Positions 57,441-64,000 of a DNA stretch of 64,000 nt are shown here, piece after piece (position 1 is the stretch's first letter; each line of letters begins with the position of its first letter). A model generated the notes under the pieces. It did not search any database and was not told the origin of the DNA. It worked only from the letters and a program-made list of their open reading frames with translations. The position numbers were made by a program, and so were the translations under genes. Origin of the DNA: Fidelibacterota bacterium (lineage in GTDB: Bacteria > Fidelibacterota > UBA8477 > JABMPR01); the NCBI GenBank assembly GCA_016844955.1, contig JAERTH010000058.1, forward strand, positions 279 through 64,278, read 5' to 3'.

Positions 57441-59041
57441 TGCGAAAACTGATACCCATCCTGGCCTTTTTAATGCTGGCAATGCCGTTCCCGTTGGTGG
57501 CTCAACTTGATCAATTCGCAATTGTGAGTGGTGAGCAGCCAGACTTTGGGGCGGTTCCAGGCACCTGGGGTCACCTGCAGTTTTACCGTCCCTACGGAAT
57601 GAAGGGGGTTGTTCTGGAGGACTGGCGAGATTTGATGTCAATATCACCCATTAGTGGTGAACTCATCAATACGGATCGTCACGGATGGATTCCGGTCAAC
57701 GGGGCATCAAGTCTATGGCAGCAGACCCACCCTAAGTTAACCAGTGTTGCTGATACAACAGCGCCATCGCTCCTGGTAAATTACAGGCAAGGCTTTGGTG
57801 AGTTTAAAGACTTTACCCTGTGGTATCACAATAGCCTGGGTGAGAATACACGCTATGGATGGACCTCAAAACTACGCTCACATCCCCGGGCGCTGGGGAT
57901 CACCATGTATGATGAGCAACGTCATCGAATTCAGACCGAGACACTACTGGAACGCAGTCTAATTCGGGTAGAGGGTGGCTATGACCATGGACTGAATCCT
58001 CTGTATATGTATCAGATTGACACCACAACCCTGGTCTGGAATTATGCAGACTCACTCCAGCTACTCTCGGATAGGTGGGAGGGAAATGTTCATTGGCAGC
58101 CCCGTGATTCAAGTGCCGCAGGGTCAGAGTTTTTTGCCCTGGTACAAGGGGGAATCTGGGAGTGGCCAGCAGCCGAAGGTCGATCTCTCAGTTCCCTTGT
58201 TTACTGGGGACAACGTTTCAAATTTCGCGACTTCGCACCAGGGATTGTCAAGTTTGGCATGATGAGCAAGCAATTGGGAGACTACAAAACCAGCAGACCA
58301 TTACTCGAAATCAGGCTCCCCAGGCTCACTTATAAAGATCTTACAGCATATCTTGGGGTAAAACTGTTGGACAAGCAACCTGTAATGCCACTTATTGATT
58401 TCAATTATAGCCGAGGCCCGCTCCGTCTGGCCTATGAAACCCACCAGCTTGTGGACGAGCGACTGTGGGAACCCTCCATCAGCACCAGTTCTGTGCACCA
58501 TATCAGTTCAGAATTGATCTTTTCGGGAATGGATTTTGTCGCAGGTGCCTGGCAATCTGAAAGAAATAGTACACAGGTCTCTGGTAACCATAGTCATATG
58601 GATTTTCATTTTCCATGGGAAATGGATTTTCAAGTAGGCTTTTCTCAGGTGAATGATCCTGTGGATTGGGTCTTTTCTGAACAGCAGCTAAACTGGGAAC
58701 TCAATCAAAATATTCATCTTTTCAAGAATGCCCTGCACAGTCACCTTAAAGTTTGGGGACGGCATCTTGTAAATACCTCTCCCGGGTTTCTCAGCTCAGA
58801 AACCCTGATGGCTCAGTCCACAAACCTGGAGGGAGAAAGCAAACTTCATTTGCTCAACTACACCATTTCAGCCGAAGTGAGCACCCTCATTTTCAGCTTT
58901 ACGGATATGAATGTTCTGCAAGATCCTCTGTGGTCCCAAAACGTTGATGTACCATGGGCATGGGAATATTCTATTATGACTAATCAGATCACTGATTCAC
59001 GGTTTCGTTATCTTTCCATCATCTGGGTTTTCGATAACTGA
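57437..59041 (+). CDS. Hypothetical secreted, beta-rich protein (possible outer-membrane porin-like)
   Basis: 534 aa. Signal peptide MMRKLIPILAFLMLAMPFPLVAQ. Rich in W/Y/N with alternating patterns. ATGA overlap with the preceding gene. Confidence 0.4.
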   Translation: MMRKLIPILAFLMLAMPFPLVAQLDQFAIVSGEQPDFGAVPGTWGHLQFYRPYGMKGVVLEDWRDLMSISPISGELINTDRHGWIPVNGASSLWQQTHPKLTSVADTTAPSLLVNYRQGFGEFKDFTLWYHNSLGENTRYGWTSKLRSHPRALGITMYDEQRHRIQTETLLERSLIRVEGGYDHGLNPLYMYQIDTTTLVWNYADSLQLLSDRWEGNVHWQPRDSSAAGSEFFALVQGGIWEWPAAEGRSLSSLVYWGQRFKFRDFAPGIVKFGMMSKQLGDYKTSRPLLEIRLPRLTYKDLTAYLGVKLLDKQPVMPLIDFNYSRGPLRLAYETHQLVDERLWEPSISTSSVHHISSELIFSGMDFVAGAWQSERNSTQVSGNHSHMDFHFPWEMDFQVGFSQVNDPVDWVFSEQQLNWELNQNIHLFKNALHSHLKVWGRHLVNTSPGFLSSETLMAQSTNLEGESKLHLLNYTISAEVSTLIFSFTDMNVLQDPLWSQNVDVPWAWEYSIMTNQITDSRFRYLSIIWVFDN

Positions 59042-59110
59042 TATTATTAATGGTTTTCCTGTGAAACCATCTTAACCTTTTGCTAATAGTGCTTATCTAA
59101 TACCCCAGCG

Positions 59111-59665
59111 ATGACAGAGAATTCAGATATTTTGCTTTTTGAAAAAGTTCAGGACCGGGATTCACGGGCTTTTGATCAACTTATGCGTGAGTATTCGCCT
59201 GAACTGTACAATTTCATTATCAGAATTGTCTCCAACGCTGAAGATGCGCAGGATATCCTGCAGGACACTTTTGTCAGGGTCTGGGAGAAGAGTCATCAGT
59301 TCAAGGGGAACTCATCGGTTAAAACCTGGATTTTCCGCATAGCTATTAACCTGGCCTATACGCATTTGAAACGTCGGAAACGGTGGAGCTTTTCTATTCT
59401 TGAAGACATCAAGACCTTGAGCTCAGGTTCCGATCCAGTCAAGGAAACTGAGCTGAATTTTCAATCTCAGATGCTGGAGCGGAGTTTAACCACGCTCACA
59501 CCACGACAGCGTGCAGTGGTTGTGGCTCGAATTTACAAGGATTTACCCTTCGCTGAAATTTCCGCCTCCGTAGGGTGTTCAGTCAATGCAGCAAAGGTGC
59601 ATTTTCATGAAGCAAAAAAAAGAATCGATTCCTATATGAAAGAACAGGTAGGCAAAGATGGATAA
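59111..59665 (+). CDS. ECF-type RNA polymerase sigma-70 factor
   Basis: 184 aa. Region 2 DAQDILQDTFVRVWEK...WIFRIAINL and region 4 LTPRQRAVVVARIYKDLPFAEISASVGCSVNAAKVHFHEAKKRI. Confidence 0.9.
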   Translation: MTENSDILLFEKVQDRDSRAFDQLMREYSPELYNFIIRIVSNAEDAQDILQDTFVRVWEKSHQFKGNSSVKTWIFRIAINLAYTHLKRRKRWSFSILEDIKTLSSGSDPVKETELNFQSQMLERSLTTLTPRQRAVVVARIYKDLPFAEISASVGCSVNAAKVHFHEAKKRIDSYMKEQVGKDG

Positions 59666-60077
59666 GATAGAACAATTATTAAAATCTGAATACTCCGGAC
59701 AAAATGGAGATATTCAACCAGATGTTGAGGCCCTGATAGCAGGGGCTCACAGCAAGATTAAGAAAAGGGCGATTCGCCGGAAAACCATTTACTCGAGCCC
59801 CGTTGTGGTTCTCCTCGTGCTCATGGGGCTCGCCATCTTACCTGAGAAGGGGATTGAATCCATGCTCCCAGGTGATGAACTGCTCATGGCAGGGTGGGAG
59901 ACAAGCTGGACAGAGACGCACTATCTTGAGGATGATAGCCTTCCGGATGATGCGCTATATGAGCAGACCATTAATTATATCATTGATGAATCGCTTTATT
60001 CATATTCTGATATTTCAGAAACACTGCTTGATGATGAAGAGCTGGAAGCTTTCATCGGATATTTAACGGAGGCATAA
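59658..60077 (+). CDS. Putative anti-sigma factor (single-pass membrane protein)
   Basis: 139 aa. Overlaps the sigma gene by 8 nt. One TM (VVVLLVLMGLAILP) and an acidic extracytoplasmic tail. Confidence 0.5.
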   Translation: MDKIEQLLKSEYSGQNGDIQPDVEALIAGAHSKIKKRAIRRKTIYSSPVVVLLVLMGLAILPEKGIESMLPGDELLMAGWETSWTETHYLEDDSLPDDALYEQTINYIIDESLYSYSDISETLLDDEELEAFIGYLTEA

Positions 60078-60078
60078 G

Positions 60079-60570
60079 ATGCATAACAAAATCCTGATTG
60101 TATTAATCATCATTATGGGAGCCTGCTTCGGCCAGGATCATCAACCGGGAGATGGTGTGAGACCTGATAGAAACATGGATGCCATACGAATCTGGAAATT
60201 GACTGAGGCCCTTGAGCTAACTGAGGAGCAAACCCTTACTTTTCTCCCGCTGGTCCAAATTCACGAGCGTGAGATCCGTGAAGCCACCAAAGAGATGAGG
60301 GTTCTGGTTAGTAAGTCAGCAATGCTTCTGAAAGAGGGGAAAATTTCTCAAAAGGAAGTTGATAAGATGATCAAGGCCTACACATCAAAACAAGATGAAA
60401 TTAGCAAGATCAAGCTGGATTTTTTAAAATCACTTTCGAAATACCTTACGCCAAAACAACAGTTATTGTATGTCGGTTTTGAGGCTCGATTTCGGAGTGA
60501 GCTGCGCGAATATATGAAGCAGGATAGAAAGTTGAATCGTGACAAAATGAAGCGCGAGAAAAGACCTTAA
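60079..60570 (+). CDS. Periplasmic Spy/CpxP-family (LTxxQ) protein
   Basis: 163 aa, signal peptide, helical. LTEEQ and LTPKQQ motifs. Confidence 0.55.
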   Translation: MHNKILIVLIIIMGACFGQDHQPGDGVRPDRNMDAIRIWKLTEALELTEEQTLTFLPLVQIHEREIREATKEMRVLVSKSAMLLKEGKISQKEVDKMIKAYTSKQDEISKIKLDFLKSLSKYLTPKQQLLYVGFEARFRSELREYMKQDRKLNRDKMKREKRP

Positions 60571-60573
60571 GAA

Positions 60574-61569
60574 ATGGAGCGTAACTACATGAAGTTTACA
60601 TTATTAATAATTATCGTTTTAACGCTGGGTATCTTTATATCATGCGAACTCAGTGAAAATGATGAGACAATTTCTATTGAAGCGAACATCAAAAGAATTA
60701 TTGCCACAGATGCGGGTACCTACAGTATCGACGGAATGGAAGATACTGAGCTGGAGGATTTTGTACTGAATAAGGCATTAGTTCCTACAGAATCAAGTGC
60801 AGCCAGCTACTCGACAATGATTCTGGATTCGAACTCCGTGTGGCGCTTTGGCCGTAGAAACATGAATAAAGATCGTGAAATCATTGTTGAGGTTGAGACT
60901 GATAGTTCAGCCACAGCACTCATTACTCACCACATCACGGGTACCTTCCATGTGCGTGAGTTTGAAAGGGTCTGGCTTGATGATGGGAGCTGGGAGCGAG
61001 GTGATTCGGTCAGATTCAGCGAGAAACCAATTGATATGAATGTCAATCGTCATGTTAACTTCCGCAAACGAACCAATGCTGCCGGGGAAGAACGCTGGAT
61101 TCCGACCTCAATGACCATGGCCTATGGTTCGTCAGGGGAAGCCCTGGACATTCAATCTCTGGAATGGGTTGCAGGAGATTCTGTAAAGCTGGTGACCGAT
61201 TTTGAAACCAATTACTATGATCGACGACATCCCTTGCATTTCATGATGCGTAGAGTCAATCAGCTAAAAGTAAATGTAAGCAATGCAGTGGCCGGGAATG
61301 CAGAAACGGTGACCGGTCGCTTTGGTCTCAATCAAAGACCAGCAGATGCAGACTCAAGGAATAGAGTTAAACTCCAGTACAGGGAAACGCTTGATACAGG
61401 CGAGAAGGTGTATGGCAGACATATTCCAGGTGTTAACCGTCCACAAAGACACTTTAAAGCGTCTCTGGAAGCACTGGATCAGCGCACACTGTATGATCAT
61501 GACTATAACCTGTATTCATCATCTACCCTGGGATTTGTTTATACCCTGAGAAGGCCTGCAAGACCTTAG
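60574..61569 (+). CDS. Hypothetical lipoprotein
   Basis: 331 aa. N-terminus MKFTLLIIIVLTLGIFISC is lipobox-like. No recognised domain. Confidence 0.4.
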   Translation: MERNYMKFTLLIIIVLTLGIFISCELSENDETISIEANIKRIIATDAGTYSIDGMEDTELEDFVLNKALVPTESSAASYSTMILDSNSVWRFGRRNMNKDREIIVEVETDSSATALITHHITGTFHVREFERVWLDDGSWERGDSVRFSEKPIDMNVNRHVNFRKRTNAAGEERWIPTSMTMAYGSSGEALDIQSLEWVAGDSVKLVTDFETNYYDRRHPLHFMMRRVNQLKVNVSNAVAGNAETVTGRFGLNQRPADADSRNRVKLQYRETLDTGEKVYGRHIPGVNRPQRHFKASLEALDQRTLYDHDYNLYSSSTLGFVYTLRRPARP

Positions 61570-61595
61570 ATTAACCCCAAACATGGAATTACAAC

Positions 61596-61620
61596 GAGGC
61601 CGTCCTAAATGGGCGGCCTC
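61596..61620 (+). terminator. Hairpin after the ECF-module operon
   Basis: gaggccg-(11 nt)-cggcctc followed by tt. The U-tract is weak. Confidence 0.35.
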
Positions 61621-62044
61621 TTCATGTAAAGGCCTAATTTCGTATATCTTTTCTCAATTTGTTTTGAATGTCCAACAGGGACCAACGACTGAAGAATATT
61701 GAAGTTTTTGTTATCTCTTAAATCACAAATCGGTGCTCCTTGTTCATAAATCGACATACCCTTGAATTTGGCTTTATTAAGGATGCTCAATATTCAGATT
61801 TTTTTATTCACCCAATTCCCGACCAATAAATATGGAAGGCTTCGGGAGCCTCAGCCATCGGCCTCTCGGACATTGAGGCTCTCGAAATGTTCATCCCCTC
61901 CATTATTGATTTATGAGCAAGGATTAACGAAGGCGGTGGCTTGTTCGGAAAGTGATTAACACACTTATGAAGAGTTTAAATTCTCAAATTCGGCCTTTAG
62001 GGAAGAACTATCAAGAAAAGCCGTTCAACATTTGTAGCACAAAG

Positions 62045-62080
62045 AAAAGAGGCCATCTCACAAATGAGATGGCCTCTTTT
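62045..62080. terminator. Strong bidirectional rho-independent terminator
   Basis: aaaagaggccatctca-caaa-tgagatggcctctttt, flanked by an A-run and a T-run. It lies 24 nt beyond the stop of the - strand OMP gene. Confidence 0.75.
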
Positions 62081-62103
62081 TTATGGTTAAGATTTATCTG
62101 GAT

Positions 62104-64000
62104 TTAAAAGTGTAAACTGCTTCTCAATCCAAAGCCCAGTCCCTTGGCATCCGTGTTTAGGCCATTAAATAGGGAAAGGGTGAACCCGGTATCAAGAAAG
62201 CCAAAATGGAAGCCGCTACCAAATGTATGAACCGGCTCACCATACTGATTCTGCTTATAGTAGCTAAAATCTAACCAGGAGGCGGGGTAGAGGTTCAGTT
62301 GGTAATTGATTTCCAGATCAGGACCATATCCCAGTCTGACTTCATCCGTAAAAGCTTTCTGGATTCCAGCGCCAATAATAACCTTGGGAATTGGTTGATA
62401 GACTGCTGAGAGATTCATAACCGTTGGAACATCAATGCTGAATGCTTCACCTTCTCCCAGAACCGTGGTTGTGCTGGTTTGATATTGTTCAATTCCGCCA
62501 CCACCATCAGCAGTATCGGTTTCGATATTGCCGGCTGCAGGCATTAATTGTTCGAAGGTCCAGGCTTCGTGGGTCAAATCAGACCATTTGTACTGGGCGC
62601 CGATGTTTCTGAGGGCGAATTGAACCTCGACCTCTTGTTTGAGATAATCGTGAAGATCCATAATTACACCCAGATCAATACCTACACTTAGATCTGAGGC
62701 GGTACTGCCAACATCAAACTCGTCAAAGTCTGGATCATCTGCATGTCCCTCGACACCACCTTGAGTGACCCAACCTTCACCCGAAGCAGTAATCATGATG
62801 GAATCTTGAGTGAGCAGGACAGAGAAGTCATCACTCACTGTGCGCAGGTAGCCCACGGCTTCATACATATTCACACCCAGACCCACCTTCAGATCACCAA
62901 AAGGTGTGTTTACTGGATGTGCATATGAGAACGAGGCTTTTCCAACAAAGGGAATTGCTTCTATCTCAAGACCAGAATTTTCAATGGGCTCATTAAGCAG
63001 AATGTCCTGCATAGGTAGAGCAAGGGTATTTCCAGGTATAACCATCTTTATATGTGATTTACCTGAAATGTTGAATCCAAATCTACCGATTCTGAATCCA
63101 AGGAGCGTATGAAAATCAGGCGTAACATTTATGGCTAAGTCCTTGTCCATTATTGTGGCGAGGTATTCACCCTTCAAGCCACTGGCATCACCTAGATCTA
63201 CTCCAGTAGTCCACCACTCAGTATACCAACCAGGAGTGAGTAGTGAATTTCGAAAACTGATTTTAAAGTCAGGCAACAGGTTCCAGGAAGTAAAGGAATT
63301 GAATTCCCGGCCAAGATTTGCGGGATTAGAGAATAGTTCATCCATGGAACGGAACTGTCGATTCTTAATCTTTAGACTATGCATGTGTCTTGCGTGCCGG
63401 GCAGCATGGAGTTCGGCATCATCAGTCAATACGGGGCCTACAAAGGCTGTATCTTCAGGTACGACCTCAACCATGGTAGTTCCAGCCAAATCTCTGAGGA
63501 AAATATCCAGAGCAATAGTTAAATCACTGCCTGGGGCTTCAAGGACTACGACCTTGGTGTCGGTGTCGTATACACGAAAGTCAGTGCTGTCCTCTGGAGT
63601 AACAATGACATAGTCTACATCACTGCTATCCGTAGCCAGCAAATGGCAGACGATATCGTTACAATCAGCGGCTTTGACGGCAATCAGGACTGGATCTAGA
63701 ATAGTTAGATAATCCAGCGATTCAAGATTAAGACCCAACAGGCCATCCGTGGACCAGAAATACAGAGGACCCAGATTGGAGAGTCCGGTCACGACCACGG
63801 GTTTGGGGTCATTCTGAACTTCGACCATTTCAGGTTCAACGACTTCCAGGGTATCTGCTTCAACCAGATCGCTGCTGTCCGTCATGGTTGAATCCATCTC
63901 CATAGTCCCGCTGAGCACGGAGTCCAATGTAGTAGAATCTGTGGCAGCTATTTCTTCCGCAGATATTTTCAGTGAATCCGTTGACTCAACTACTGATTCT
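62104..64000 (-). CDS. Outer-membrane beta-barrel protein candidate, 5'-truncated by the window edge
   Basis: The reading frame stays open from 63927 to position 64000 (I translated it by hand), so the N-terminus lies outside the window. The visible N-part is acidic and S/T-rich. The C-part has an amphipathic strand pattern and ends ...GLGFGLRSSLHF, a terminal aromatic typical of OMPs. Confidence 0.5.
   Translation of the reverse strand, partial: ESVVESTDSLKISAEEIAATDSTTLDSVLSGTMEMDSTMTDSSDLVEADTLEVVEPEMVEVQNDPKPVVVTGLSNLGPLYFWSTDGLLGLNLESLDYLTILDPVLIAVKAADCNDIVCHLLATDSSDVDYVIVTPEDSTDFRVYDTDTKVVVLEAPGSDLTIALDIFLRDLAGTTMVEVVPEDTAFVGPVLTDDAELHAARHARHMHSLKIKNRQFRSMDELFSNPANLGREFNSFTSWNLLPDFKISFRNSLLTPGWYTEWWTTGVDLGDASGLKGEYLATIMDKDLAINVTPDFHTLLGFRIGRFGFNISGKSHIKMVIPGNTLALPMQDILLNEPIENSGLEIEAIPFVGKASFSYAHPVNTPFGDLKVGLGVNMYEAVGYLRTVSDDFSVLLTQDSIMITASGEGWVTQGGVEGHADDPDFDEFDVGSTASDLSVGIDLGVIMDLHDYLKQEVEVQFALRNIGAQYKWSDLTHEAWTFEQLMPAAGNIETDTADGGGGIEQYQTSTTTVLGEGEAFSIDVPTVMNLSAVYQPIPKVIIGAGIQKAFTDEVRLGYGPDLEINYQLNLYPASWLDFSYYKQNQYGEPVHTFGSGFHFGFLDTGFTLSLFNGLNTDAKGLGFGLRSSLHF

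Noticed and set aside
61605-61790. 61-aa minus-strand ORF (TTG start), plus small ORFs in the 61.6-62.05-kb spacer
   Set aside because: The ORF runs through the terminator hairpin of the upstream operon and has no RBS or motif. The spacer also contains an 8-bp inverted repeat, gagcctca...tgaggctc (about 61846-61881). I could not support a gene or RNA call.
1-64000. CRISPR arrays, transposases/IS elements, integrases, prophage genes, toxin-antitoxin pairs, compositionally distinct islands
   Set aside because: None recognised on either strand. The only tandem DNA repeats are the short 7-8-mers near 50 kb. The tRNA at the left edge has no adjacent integrase or direct repeat of its 3' end within the window.

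Overview
This is a 64-kb bacterial chromosomal window of intermediate GC content (not computed). It is densely coding, with about 58 protein genes and 1 tRNA. I recognised no CRISPR array, transposase, integrase, phage gene or known defence system. All calls come from reading the ORF translations and the DNA for motifs; no database search was run.

Gene order:
- tRNA-Ala(CGC) on the - strand, then an AzgA-type nucleobase permease.
- A complete type IV pilus locus on the + strand (2131-18551): pilin, pilT, two minor prepilins, a 611-aa PilX-N-like protein, pilM/N/O/P/Q, a ~1289-aa lipoprotein made of invasin-type Ig repeats, then pilB, pilC, pilD.
- An ornithine-aminotransferase-like gene, followed by two small - strand genes.
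- A full dcw cluster on the - strand, from 37185 down to 21298: mraZ-rsmH-ftsL-ftsI-murE-murF-mraY-murD-ftsW-murG-murC-ftsQ-ftsA-ftsZ. Upstream on the same strand sit a 1290-aa C25 (gingipain/PorU-like) peptidase with a T9SS-type C-terminal domain, maf and rodZ.
- An envelope region: an 857-aa protein with two barrel-like halves, two BamE-like small proteins, and a haem-binding-domain/motA/motB/motB operon.
- ppiD, a YyaL-like thioredoxin-domain protein, mobA and a yhaM-like nuclease.
- An ECF sigma / anti-sigma / Spy-like / lipoprotein module, and a 5'-truncated OMP gene at the right edge.

The T9SS-type sorting domain plus the C25 peptidase suggest an FCB-superphylum organism; this is inference only.

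Most of the window is ordinary core genome. The items most worth a second look are:
- the Ig-repeat lipoprotein wedged between pilQ and pilB;
- the stator operon with one A and two B subunits behind a haem-binding-domain gene;
- the two-barrel OMP with a ~200-aa disordered linker;
- an array of GTGGGTA boxes upstream of mraZ;
- a ~530-bp non-coding stretch carrying short tandem repeats.
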